This document shows, one piece after another, positions 28,650 through 38,453 of a stretch of DNA of 64,000 nucleotides. Origin of the DNA: Candidatus Thorarchaeota archaeon (GTDB taxonomy: Archaea > Asgardarchaeota > Thorarchaeia > Thorarchaeales > Thorarchaeaceae). Every line of letters starts with the position of its first letter. Positions within the stretch are counted from its first letter, which is position 1. The stretch is taken from contig CAVSBO010000003.1 in the NCBI GenBank assembly GCA_963726195.1, forward strand, positions 192,001-256,000. Direction: 5' to 3'. The translations under genes and the position numbers were made by a program. The notes below the pieces were generated by a model, which worked only from the letters and a program-made list of their open reading frames with translations, was not told the origin of the DNA and searched no databases.

Positions 28650-29750
28650 CTAGTGGACCCAGTACTTGGTCGTCGGGACTGTCACGGTGCCTGCCTTGAT
28701 TTGGTTTCCGAGGGAGAAGACATAGGAGATGATACTGTCTGGGAGGTCGACCAACGTTGAGTTGTATTCGACTCCAACCATGTCATTTGCCAAGCTTCCT
28801 ATCTTCATACCAGCAGTCCAAGTGTCGGCATGTATGGCTGCGAACTGAGCGTAGATGGCTTTGTCGACTCTCTTCAGTGCCGAGGTCAATACGACACTCC
28901 ACGGTCCATGACCTGTTGTATTGGCAGCTACTGCCGCGGCGTTGATTCCCAAGTACATCTGTGGGCTGTCGACACCAATAGACCAGATTGGATGGGCTTT
29001 CGTGCCATTGGTAGCAACGGAGCTCTGAATGACTCCTAGACCTGAACGTCCGGCTGCAGCAAAGATGATGTCGCACCCAGCTGCATAATCTCCGTCAGCG
29101 AGGGACTTTCCTGCTGCAATATCAGCCCAGCCGTTTGTGTATCCGACCGTGACGTTGATACCAGGATGGCTCTTGTTCGCGCCCCAAACGAATCCGGCAC
29201 AGAACGCGTTGATGAGCGGGATGTCCATGCCACCAACGAAACCAGTCTTATTCGTCTTGGTCATCAATCCTGCAATTGCACCGACAAGGGCTGAGCTCTC
29301 CTGAGCATTGAACAAGAGAGATGCCACTTGAGGATAGAGCGTCTCATTGACGTACATATCCACGATTGCAAAGCGTTGGTGAGTGAATTCCGCAGCTACT
29401 GTCTGGAGAGCAGTTGCCTGATCAAAGCCTATGGATATGATCAGTTTGTAGGGGTCTGCCCACTCTGAATGAAGTGCGAAGGCTCGGATGTATCCCTCAT
29501 ATTGAGATATGTCCGTCGGCTCCACATACGTGAAGTTCATGCCAAAATCCGCTTTCGCTTCAGTGGCGCCCCTGTAGCAGCCGTCGTTGAATGACTTGTC
29601 TCCAAGTCCTCCAGTTGCGAATACTATCGCAACATCATACGGGTTCTTGGGCGCTGGCGGTGTGAGTAGGATGTAGGCACCTACACCAGCCACAGCGATA
29701 ATGACGATAACGACAGCACCCAAGAACGTCTTAGAACTACTTGAGCTCAA
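28650..29750 (-). CDS. BMP family ABC substrate-binding protein (nucleoside-binding type)
   Basis: GGLGDKSFN, GFVGGMDIPLI, DIIFAAAG.SG.G, IGVDS, TSALKRVD; N-terminal TM anchor. Confidence 0.92.
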   Translation of the reverse strand: MSSSSSKTFLGAVVIVIIAVAGVGAYILLTPPAPKNPYDVAIVFATGGLGDKSFNDGCYRGATEAKADFGMNFTYVEPTDISQYEGYIRAFALHSEWADPYKLIISIGFDQATALQTVAAEFTHQRFAIVDMYVNETLYPQVASLLFNAQESSALVGAIAGLMTKTNKTGFVGGMDIPLINAFCAGFVWGANKSHPGINVTVGYTNGWADIAAGKSLADGDYAAGCDIIFAAAGRSGLGVIQSSVATNGTKAHPIWSIGVDSPQMYLGINAAAVAANTTGHGPWSVVLTSALKRVDKAIYAQFAAIHADTWTAGMKIGSLANDMVGVEYNSTLVDLPDSIISYVFSLGNQIKAGTVTVPTTKYWVH

Positions 29751-29979
29751 TTTTCTCTCTACCTCTCTTAGTAGGTCGAGCCGGTGGGCGATGTCGCCCC
29801 TCGAGACTCTCGACTGTATTTAACGGAATACAACCTGCCTAAAAAGACATATGGCCGCACCAGCGTCAAACGTATCAAACAATGCGAGGAGAAGGCCTAC
29901 AAACGGTCAATTTGCTTCAGCAGTATCTGCCGAAAAGCCTTCGATAAGACAAAGATTGTGCATGCACAGGAACTCGAAC

Positions 29980-30776
29980 ATGAACGGCATTGATGAATCC
30001 GGCAAGAAAAACCAAGTCACCATAGTGTACGTGCATGGAGCAGGAGGTTCCTCGAGGGTCTGGTCCATGCAGCTGTCCGAGAGGGTGTCAAGCACTGGAA
30101 CGATTAGTGCGCCTCCTTCCCGGGGAGCACAGAAGACTCAGCCTAATGCACTTGCCGCCAACACCCATCAAATCGCGCTGAATCTCAACGGGCATGGAAC
30201 AACGCCCGACAGACAGCCTTCCGATGTGACAGAATCGTACCTTGAAGACATCGATGCTGTCGTGAGTTCATGCAAGAAGCCCATACTTGTGGGCCACTCG
30301 ATGGGAGGGGCTCTATCTCAGCTGTATGCTCTCAAGAATCCAGAAAAGCTTGGAGGGTTGGTCTTGGTTGGAACAGGAGCCCGTCTAAAAGTAGCACCCA
30401 TGATTTTTGATTTCTTGGACAAAGATCCAACTCATACTTCGACGCCATGCCGAAGTTCATGTTCTGCGAAAGCACTCCTAGAACCATCATCGAGGCTTCG
30501 CTGGCAGAGGCAAGGAAGTGCCCTGTGCCAGTCATACGCCGCGACTTCGAAGTGTGCAATGCCTTTGACCTGATGCAGGATGTCAGCAGGATTACAGTGC
30601 GCAGCCTGATTATTGTGGGCGATAGCGACGTCATGACACCTGTGAAATATGCGAACTACCTTCATGAAAAGATTGCGGGCTCGGAACTCCGCACGATAAC
30701 ACAAGCAGGACATGCAGTAATGCTTGAGAGACCCTCCGATTTCAACAAGGCGATTCTCGATTGGCTCAGGGTCTAG
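29980..30776 (+). CDS. Alpha/beta hydrolase; indel near 30430
   Basis: HGAGGS, GHG, GHSMGG nucleophile; second ORF supplies GDSD..TP and AGH. Confidence 0.88.
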
Positions 30777-30786
30777 ATTGATGGTA

Positions 30787-31194
30787 TCAGTGTACTAGTC
30801 CGTGGCGGCGCTTCTTGGCCTCCACTGCTGCCACAAGCTTGGTACGATCGAAGTAGACCTCGTTACGGCTCATCTTACCGTCCTTCAACATTACTACGTC
30901 AAGACCGATCTCATGGATGACTTCTCCCGCTACTGGGATTGCACATTTCCATTTCAAGGCCATGCCGCCCTCAGTCGGAAAGACCTCTACAGGCTCCCAA
31001 GTCCAGTCATGATACACCTCAAGTAAGTTTGTGAAGTACGACAGGATTGCCTTCTTCCCGCGAAGGCCTTCTCTATGCGCTGGGTCGGAGTATACTGCGT
31101 CATCGGAGTAGAACTCTGCAAGCTCAACCGGTCTATTGCCCGTCCAAGCGGCGAGCCATCTCTTGGAGAATTCAAACAATTCCTGTTTATTCAT
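30787..31194 (-). CDS. SnoaL/NTF2-like protein
   Basis: WLAAW, FYSDDAVYSDP, G.DVV....GK....VYFD. Confidence 0.85.
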   Translation of the reverse strand: MNKQELFEFSKRWLAAWTGNRPVELAEFYSDDAVYSDPAHREGLRGKKAILSYFTNLLEVYHDWTWEPVEVFPTEGGMALKWKCAIPVAGEVIHEIGLDVVMLKDGKMSRNEVYFDRTKLVAAVEAKKRRHGLVH

Positions 31195-31250
31195 GGTTGA
31201 GTCCCTACTATGTTTCCCAGTCTCAATGATACAGTTGATAGTCGCACTTG

Positions 31251-33032
31251 CTACAGTACGCGTTCCAACATCTTGATGAAATCGGCAGCTTGGTCCATGC
31301 CCTTTTGCCAGAAATCCTCCGCACTGATGTCGAATCCTATGTCTTTTCCGAGCTGAACCGGGGACTTGCTTGACCTTGCACCAAGCAGTGCCTTGAGCTT
31401 TGGAACAAATGCCTTGCCCTGTTCCTTGTAGAGTCTATAGAGAGCAAAGACGAAAAGCTGAGCGAAGACGTAAGGATAGTTGTAGAATCTGTAGTTTGCC
31501 ATGTAGTAATGTGGTTTCATAGTCCACTCCCATTTCATTACGTCCAGCCATTCGACGGCGTCGCCATAGATCTTGTCTCGGGCCTGCACCCAATACTTGG
31601 CGACCGCCTCACCGTCCAAGAACTCCCCGCGTCCAATGGCCTCGTATAGGCTCTTTTCGAAGAATACCCGTGCTGAAACTTGGAAGACGGTCATGCCAAA
31701 CTCATCCAGAATCTTGGCTAGTATGGCTTGTTTTTCCTGTTTGCTCTTGGTGCGGGAAAGCAGACGGTCCGCGAGAAGAAGTTCGCCAAAAGTCGATCCG
31801 CATTCCGCTATACATGAACCAACATCGAAGTTACTAAGTTTCTGGGCTCTTGAACCAAGATATCCGTGAACCGCGTGTCCATTCTCATGTGCGAGAGTGA
31901 ATACATCTCCAAGCTTGTTGTTGAAGCTGAGCAAAACGTAAGCGGTCTTCCCTGCAAAATAGTCCGCGCACCACGCGCCGGACCTCTTTCCATTTCTGAC
32001 TTCCCCGTCTACGTGGAACCTGTCGAACATCTCCTTCACCCAGTTTCCAACCTGTTCATCGAAAGCCATGTAGGCGGCGATCGTCTCCGCCTTGGCATCC
32101 GACCAAGTGAATTCCTTGCCGGGAGCCTTCGGGAGAGGAGCTATGATATCATAGTTAGCTAACTTGGTAAGACCCATCATCTTCGCCTTCATGCCCAAAT
32201 ACCTGCGATAGAGGGCAACGTTACCCTCGACCGTCTCAATCAGTGAGTCAATCGTCTTCTGGTCCACGTCGTTTGCCAGGAGACTCTGGGTCATGTAGGA
32301 GGGATGCTTTCTCAGCCTGCAGACTTCGAGATGGTCTGCGCATATGGAACGAAGTGCGCTCGCCCAGATGATGCTGTCCCTACCTAGTCCTTCGTACACA
32401 ATCTGATTCGCGCGGCGCCTAACATCACGGTCTCCGTGTTCATAGAGACCGACCATTTCACCATATGGAAGGCTCTTCTTCTGCCCATCCAACTCAATGT
32501 CGAACATTCGTGTGGAGAGCCAATCACCCTGCAGCTGCGTCCAAGCACGAATGCCGTTTGTGTCCTTGGCGATAATCAGGCTCTCCTGATCTTCAGAGAG
32601 CAAGTATGGTTGCCTCTTCAGCAGAAGCTCAAGTTGGTGCCTATACTCAGCTAGCATGGAGTCACTTACTAGCGAGGGCTTCTGGGCCAGAACCTTTCCA
32701 AACTCCACATCCATGAAGGCCAGAAGTTGACCTATCTTGGAAGAGTTCCTGCGGTAAGAGTCATACAGCGCTTTCGTTGTTGCACTGATTGAGTCGGCCC
32801 CGTAGCCTTGCTCGGCATACATGAATGCGCCCTCTGACTTCGTTGCAAGCTCCTCTCTCTCCTCAATCATCCGGAGCAAGTCTTTGGTCTCGAGCTTAGC
32901 AATCTTGCCTTGGTATCTCTGCCGATATCTCTCAGCATCGGTTACTGCGACTTCCATCTCTTTAATCACGGCAGGAGCGCTACTGTTCGCGACAAGTTGA
33001 GTAAGATCCCACACCATCTCTTTCTGAGCCAT
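31251..33032 (-). CDS. pepF: Oligoendopeptidase F (M3B)
   Basis: WDL, GKRSGAWC, TLAHENGHAVH, AECGSTFGE, PHYY...FYNYPY.F. Confidence 0.92.
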   Translation of the reverse strand: MAQKEMVWDLTQLVANSSAPAVIKEMEVAVTDAERYRQRYQGKIAKLETKDLLRMIEEREELATKSEGAFMYAEQGYGADSISATTKALYDSYRRNSSKIGQLLAFMDVEFGKVLAQKPSLVSDSMLAEYRHQLELLLKRQPYLLSEDQESLIIAKDTNGIRAWTQLQGDWLSTRMFDIELDGQKKSLPYGEMVGLYEHGDRDVRRRANQIVYEGLGRDSIIWASALRSICADHLEVCRLRKHPSYMTQSLLANDVDQKTIDSLIETVEGNVALYRRYLGMKAKMMGLTKLANYDIIAPLPKAPGKEFTWSDAKAETIAAYMAFDEQVGNWVKEMFDRFHVDGEVRNGKRSGAWCADYFAGKTAYVLLSFNNKLGDVFTLAHENGHAVHGYLGSRAQKLSNFDVGSCIAECGSTFGELLLADRLLSRTKSKQEKQAILAKILDEFGMTVFQVSARVFFEKSLYEAIGRGEFLDGEAVAKYWVQARDKIYGDAVEWLDVMKWEWTMKPHYYMANYRFYNYPYVFAQLFVFALYRLYKEQGKAFVPKLKALLGARSSKSPVQLGKDIGFDISAEDFWQKGMDQAADFIKMLERVL

Positions 33033-33209
33033 TCAAATCATCAGACAGTGCCGCCGCAAAGCCTCCTTATGAGACCTTCGAACACGATGCAAAACAAAGA
33101 ACCAGACGGTCCAGAGAGCGACGATGAGTCGATTTCGGTGAGCCGTAAGAGATATCTTATGGGCAAAAAGGTCTAGTAGTACGGGGAGAGCACTACTAGT
33201 CAGAAGGGA

Positions 33210-34172
33210 TTGATAACGAAATACGGCAGGGTGCTCTTCGAAGAGAAAGTCGATGAGGTCGCGTTCAAACGGATCCTATCCGACCTCCATCTTAGGCCAC
33301 CGTTGGTTGTGAAACCTAATTGGGGAACTTCGACGATATTCACAGAGGCGGAGATACTCGATTGGGTGCTACACCAGTTCAAGGGAGATGTTGTGGTAAC
33401 CGAAAGCTACGGCTGGTCGAGGAGCAAGGATATGCTAGAAGGCAGAGGGCCGGGCTCAAAGCAGAAAACCAATCTCCGTGAGAGCGACCGATGGTTCCTT
33501 GAGTACTCGGGCATCGGCAACGTGCTCAAGAAGCATGACGTTCAGTTCGTTAACATCACAGAGGAAATGTGGCGCAAGCGAACCGTTGAACCGAGAGAGA
33601 TTAAGGCTCAGGTAGACAGCAAGTTTCGTCCGGTAAAAGTTACTGACTTCTTGTTGGGAGTGCCCAAGGCACTCTACGACCTCCGCGGGGGAACCCTGCT
33701 TAGCCTTTCCAAGCTCCGACTGCTCGTGGATCCTCCTGCTCCAAGCCTTTCAATCAAGAATCTCTTTGGAATGATTCCCGGTCCGGGCAGACGCAAGTAC
33801 CACGGAAGAGAGGATTCGTTGCTCGCGCAGAGCATTCTCGATATCAACAAGGTCTACCGGGCCCTGTTCGATGTGAAGGGGATAGTCGAGGGCGTGTTCA
33901 CTGCCGTAAGCCCTGGCATGAGTCCACGTGACCAGACGATGCACAACAATCTGGGTCTCGCGTGGGGTTCGGAAAGCACACTCGACCTTGATGCATTCGT
34001 GTCGGTTCTCCTGCAGTCCGACCCTGAACAGGTGCCTTACTTCAAGATGGCTGCTGAGACCTTCGGTGCGTGGGAGGACAAGACCATAGCTTTGGCAACA
34101 ATGAGCCATATCCGCGTTTTTCCGCAAGAGGAGAAGCCAGAGAAGAGAACTAGGGCACGCAAGCCGCAGTAA
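33210..34172 (+). CDS. DUF362 family protein
   Basis: VVKPN, LSLSKL, SLSIKNLFG.IP...R.KYH, LDAF. Confidence 0.75.
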   Translation: MITKYGRVLFEEKVDEVAFKRILSDLHLRPPLVVKPNWGTSTIFTEAEILDWVLHQFKGDVVVTESYGWSRSKDMLEGRGPGSKQKTNLRESDRWFLEYSGIGNVLKKHDVQFVNITEEMWRKRTVEPREIKAQVDSKFRPVKVTDFLLGVPKALYDLRGGTLLSLSKLRLLVDPPAPSLSIKNLFGMIPGPGRRKYHGREDSLLAQSILDINKVYRALFDVKGIVEGVFTAVSPGMSPRDQTMHNNLGLAWGSESTLDLDAFVSVLLQSDPEQVPYFKMAAETFGAWEDKTIALATMSHIRVFPQEEKPEKRTRARKPQ

Positions 34173-34257
34173 GGTGCGTGCCAATCCAGTTCGTCAGAGC
34201 AAACTGGCACGCCAGTTAAACATGGGCCAAATAACGCGAACGTGAGTAGCCATCGCG

Positions 34258-34302
34258 GTGAAAGAAATAGAAGGGTCCTAGGCAATATTGCCTAGAACAC
34301 CT
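34258..34302 (-). terminator. Palindromic hairpin plus U-rich tract between convergent genes
   Basis: Perfect 18-bp palindrome CTAGGCAATATTGCCTAG (34278-34295); the minus strand continues GACCCTTCTATTTCTTT. Confidence 0.55.
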
Positions 34303-34326
34303 TTGAGGTTAGTACCTAGATTCAGA

Positions 34327-34671
34327 CTACTTCTTGAATGCAGCTCTTGTGCTGGGAATCAAGAGGTATATGACAACGATCACTGGGAATATCAGTGACA
34401 GAATACTGATGGTTGGATAGATAGCGAACAAGATGTTGAGGATGTTCACTAACAGCGCGAATATCCAGGCCCAGCCCTTCAGTGTCCACAGGCCCCAGAA
34501 CACAATTAGACCTACTATCCCGAGGATCAATGGGATAAGGCCGAGTATCATCAAGAATGGGGCCAACAAGAGCGTGACGCCTATTACTAGCGCGGCGGCA
34601 AAAATCTCTAGTAGAGCGCCCAGTAGCTGCAGAATTGCGATTATTGTAACGCCTAGCGGCCTTCCGGCCAT
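34327..34671 (-). CDS. Small 4-TM membrane protein
   Basis: RPLGVTIIAIL start, GLW.LK.WAW, IYLL.P..RAAF; GGAGGT RBS. Confidence 0.8.
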   Translation of the reverse strand: MAGRPLGVTIIAILQLLGALLEIFAAALVIGVTLLLAPFLMILGLIPLILGIVGLIVFWGLWTLKGWAWIFALLVNILNILFAIYPTISILSLIFPVIVVIYLLIPSTRAAFKK

Positions 34672-35019
34672 GTTTGTTACCTCCCACAACAAATGTTGTG
34701 TAACAGGCCGCATTAGCTAACCTGCATATAAGACAATCGAAAGCGACCGCTAGAATCCGCTCTAGACGGCAAAATGCCAATCCCGGCAAGAGAGGCCTGA
34801 AAGATACATCTCATCTTCCCAACCGCCTGAACAAGAGATAATCAACGAGGGATGTTTTCAAGATTGAATCGCACGAGGCATGTTGGTGAGTCAGTTGGCG
34901 AGCATGAAATGACTAGCACACGAGACTGTTCAATGCCCATTCCCGAAGAGAGCAAGTGCAGAAGAGCAATACGTTTGTAGTGGATTGCCGCAGCGAATGC
35001 CTGAGAGGGACTGAGCAAA

Positions 35020-35895
35020 GTGAATCTTCCCATGATTATCGTACATGGAGGTGCTGGTGACTGGAAGGAGGACAAGCTCGTTGCCGCTGCGCCCGAGGTA
35101 GAAAGAGCGGCACGGGTTGGCTTCCAGATTCTGAAAAGTGGTGGTTCATCCCTTGATGCGGCTGAGGCTTGCACACTTCATATGGAAGGATGCGGCAAGC
35201 TGAATGCCGGTGTTGGTGCACGGCCAAATCAAGACGGGATTCAGGAATTGGATGCGATGATCATAGATGGTGTCAACCTGAAGTCAGGGGCTGTGATGGC
35301 AGTTACAGGGATCCGACATCCCATATCACTGGCCAGGTTCGCGATGGAGAAGACATCCCACTCGCAGTTCGCCGGCGAAGGCGTGAAGAAGCTATACGAA
35401 AAGATGCTGGCTGAGGGATATCGAAAAGAAACAGCCCCCGGTGTAACCTCATCTCCCTTTGGAGCTCAGGGTGGGGACACTGTGGGTTGTGTCGCCATAG
35501 ACAGCAATGGTCACATCGCTGCAACATCATCCACCGGAGGAATCCCAGACAAAATGGCTGGACGCGTAGGTGACTCGCCTATCTTTGGAGCAGGAGCATA
35601 CGCAGATGACATCTGTGGGGCAACTGCGACCGGGTGGGGTGAACACATCATTCGCGTACTTCTGTGCAAGACAGTCGTGTCATATGTGGAAGATGGCATG
35701 GAGCCTCCAACTGCAGCTAGAAAAGGTATAGAGCTGCTTCGGTCCAAGACTGGCAGTCAAGCGGGAGTAGTGATCGCTGACGGAAAGGGTAGATACGGCT
35801 TGGCAATGAATACCAAAGCAATGCCCGTTGTAGTGATAAGTAGCCGGATTACAAACTTGAAACGATATATGACGATGGCTGACGTATCGCAATGA
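35020..35895 (+). CDS. iaaA: Isoaspartyl peptidase/L-asparaginase (Ntn hydrolase)
   Basis: IIVHGGAG, NAGVG, ELDA, DTVGCVA, STGG, GRVGDSP, ATG.GE. Confidence 0.9.
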   Translation: MNLPMIIVHGGAGDWKEDKLVAAAPEVERAARVGFQILKSGGSSLDAAEACTLHMEGCGKLNAGVGARPNQDGIQELDAMIIDGVNLKSGAVMAVTGIRHPISLARFAMEKTSHSQFAGEGVKKLYEKMLAEGYRKETAPGVTSSPFGAQGGDTVGCVAIDSNGHIAATSSTGGIPDKMAGRVGDSPIFGAGAYADDICGATATGWGEHIIRVLLCKTVVSYVEDGMEPPTAARKGIELLRSKTGSQAGVVIADGKGRYGLAMNTKAMPVVVISSRITNLKRYMTMADVSQ

Positions 35896-35995
35896 GCTGC
35901 ATATCTCCGCGCCTTCAACCACCGACAGGACGCGACCTGCGGCCCGGGGTTTCCTTTTGGTTCATGTTGATTGAAGAAACCTTCTTGGTGTATCA

Positions 35996-36265
35996 TCACC
36001 CGCGCTCATAGACAACGCCTTTACCTCCAGAAGGATATCGGAAGTCGATAGCGTCTGCCTCACACACCTGGTAACATGCGGCGCATTCAAGGCATTTGGA
36101 TTTGTAGTCGTCTGCGAGTTGCACCTTGCTGCCTTTCTTCCTCCACAGATTCATCGTGCACACAACAAGACAACGACCGCACACGTTGCACTTCGCCGAA
36201 TCTAATTTGATGAAGTCAACAGACCCCGGCACCCTCTTGACGAGCGAATCCATGTCGGTCCTCAA
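35996..36265 (-). CDS. FixX-like 2x[4Fe-4S] ferredoxin
   Basis: CNVCGRCLVVC and CLECAACYQVC, FRYP.GG.GV.Y..G tail; ATGA overlap with upstream flavoprotein. Confidence 0.88.
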   Translation of the reverse strand: MRTDMDSLVKRVPGSVDFIKLDSAKCNVCGRCLVVCTMNLWRKKGSKVQLADDYKSKCLECAACYQVCEADAIDFRYPSGGKGVVYERG

Positions 36266-37663
36266 GTTCCTTCCTCCTTTTCTTCAAATGAAGAGGCAAT
36301 CGCCTCCTGTAGCTCAGGCATGGATTCCATCAGTTTTCCAGGATCTGTGAGGAGCTCCATCTTATCGCCCAGTACTTTTCCCAGTAGAGGCATGACCTCC
36401 TTCATGATAAACGGTACTGCTTGCGGCAGGTACGACTTGACCTGTCGCATTACCTGCTTGACTCGGACAGCATGAGGCTGTGACCAATCGAGTATGCCGC
36501 CAAGCACTTCCATAATCATAGGAATGAACCATGACATTGTCTCTTTGGGACTAAATGGTAACGCCCTCCAGATGCGTGCGAGTTCCGGTCCAGATTTGAA
36601 ATCCTCTCCGACACTGGTCTGGGACCACTTCGTGTCATAAAGATCCAAGAACTCATTCGATGTGTCGCCTGCTGAGATGGCTTCTGCGGCGGTCTCAGCT
36701 GCTGCCCTTCCGGTTATCATAGCAGGATAGATTCCTTCAGCCTCAAGAGGACACGGAACTCCTGCAGCATCGCCGACGAGAATCACATTGTCCGTATGAG
36801 TGTTCTTTGGGGCGCCGAGCCACGGTAACAGATGAACATGATACTCTCTGGGTTTCGCATCAAGTATCCGGACGAGTCTCTTGAAGTAATCGAGGTTGAC
36901 CACTTGGTTGAGGTAGGAAAGCGGGTTCTTGTCCCACCATGTCATCCAGTTGCCTAGGCCGATGTGGAAGCCGTCATGGAAGAACACCTGATAGGCCGCG
37001 GGAAACAATGCACTCCACCACACTGCAAGCGTCTCATCACCCATTATGTCGTCAATCTTCTGGGGGTCGACAGCATAGTCGTACTGAGGCACGAGAGTGA
37101 CATGGTCTTGGTCCCACCTCTTCCTGAGACCGCTCTGCCGAGCTACCATTGAGACTACTCCATCGGCACCGATGACCAAACCCCGGTACTTCTCACCATG
37201 TTCATCGATGACACCCACAACCCGGTCATTCTCCTTCAGAAGCCCCGTCACAAGGGTAGAGGTCTTCGAGCTCTGCGCCTACATTGCTCGCGAATGCCGC
37301 CAGCCAAGGGTCGAAGTCGCTTCTGTAGACATTCATGGTTATGAAGCTCTTTGCGGGTTCATACGAGACAGATTCAGTTGGTCTCGCCATCACATATCCA
37401 GCCACGACCCCTTCCTTGTTCACGAAGTAACTTCTCGATGCGGCACCGGCTCTCATCGAGGGGCACACTTCTGGATTCAGTTCTGTCATGAACCGGAAGT
37501 CATTCCACATCCGTGGCCCAAGCCCGCAGCCGGACGAGTTTTTCTCGCCGGGCTTCCTCCCTCTTTCGAAAAAGATTGTCTTCAGGCCACGGCTCGCTGC
37601 TTCCATAGCCGCAGCTGAACCACCTGGCCCTGCACCCACAATAACAACGTCGTAGTCTTTCAC
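36262..37663 (-). CDS. FixC/GGR-like FAD oxidoreductase; +1 indel near 37267
   Basis: GAGPGG, ERG..PGEKNSSG, R..FD.WL, GADGVVS, VGDAAG; joins as GAEL-KTSTLVTGL. Confidence 0.85.
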
Positions 37664-37802
37664 CCGGGTTCACCTAACCTTCTCCGTCGAATCTGCTGCT
37701 AAATCCAGTTGCGTAGAGAAGTTACTAGCATCACAGCAGAAATGAGAGAGTCCCGAACCGTTGCGTTTCCTGAGATATAAGTGGTATCATCCCACGGGAG
37801 TG

Positions 37803-37828
37803 GACTATGGTTGCTCTGTGCCATAGTC
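37803..37828. promoter_or_regulatory. Inverted repeat in a divergent promoter region
   Basis: GACTATGG-N10-CCATAGTC. Confidence 0.3.
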
Positions 37829-37945
37829 TTCAATCGCTCTTGAGTCTAATTCGAGCCTGCCTACCCCCTCTTCCAATTCAGACAGCTCTCTTGCGTAAAC
37901 ATGATAAGTGTTGAAGACTGTATAACCGTCAGGAGCGTGGTAGTT

Positions 37946-38116
37946 GTGTTCGGTCGCAAGCAAGCAAAGACTAAGCATCCCGGGACATCGGACCCTAGCA
38001 AGCAGTTCAGTCCTCCTGATGTGGGGTTCTATTCAGAGTCTAAGTTCACGATGGCGGGCCGTGGTCAACCCATCGCTACCGGCAAGAAACAAGACAGGTG
38101 GCGGAAGAAAACCTAG
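37946..38116 (+). CDS. Small basic protein, copy 1 (56 aa)
   Basis: GTG start after AGGAG; MFGRKQAKTKHPGTSDPSKQFSPP...; paralogue of the next gene. Confidence 0.75.
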   Translation: MFGRKQAKTKHPGTSDPSKQFSPPDVGFYSESKFTMAGRGQPIATGKKQDRWRKKT

Positions 38117-38207
38117 TATTCGCAAGAAGTGAGTCCGATCAAGTCGCTTTTCTCTGGTAACCTTGATATGCGTTCAGGACCATGTATCCCTCGGGAGTGT
38201 GCTAATC

Positions 38208-38408
38208 GTGTCCGGGCATAAGAAAGCAAAGCCAAATCATGCTGGAACCTATGATCCGAATACGAAATTCAGTCCGCCCAATCCGACGGATGAGTCCTAC
38301 TACCCAGCCGTTAGGGCAGCGGGTGGACCATTTCCCGTAGGCAAGAGAAAAGAACGAAAGAAGACAGAGACGTTCGAGAGAGGCGAGTCGGGTCAAACTG
38401 ACCTGTGA
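38208..38408 (+). CDS. Small basic protein, copy 2 (66 aa)
   Basis: GTG start after GGGAG; MSGHKKAKPNHAGTYDPNTKFSPP...; synonymous changes relative to copy 1. Confidence 0.75.
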   Translation: MSGHKKAKPNHAGTYDPNTKFSPPNPTDESYYPAVRAAGGPFPVGKRKERKKTETFERGESGQTDL

Positions 38409-38453
38409 AGAATCGAGTCAGCTCTGTACTGGGTTGGACCCCACCTAGCAATC

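Larger units (their letters stand above)
37895..38408 (+). repeat. Diverged tandem duplication, 262-bp period (upstream region plus small gene)
   Basis: 37895-37948 versus 38157-38210: 38 of 54 identical, ungapped; coding parts paralogous. Confidence 0.85.
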
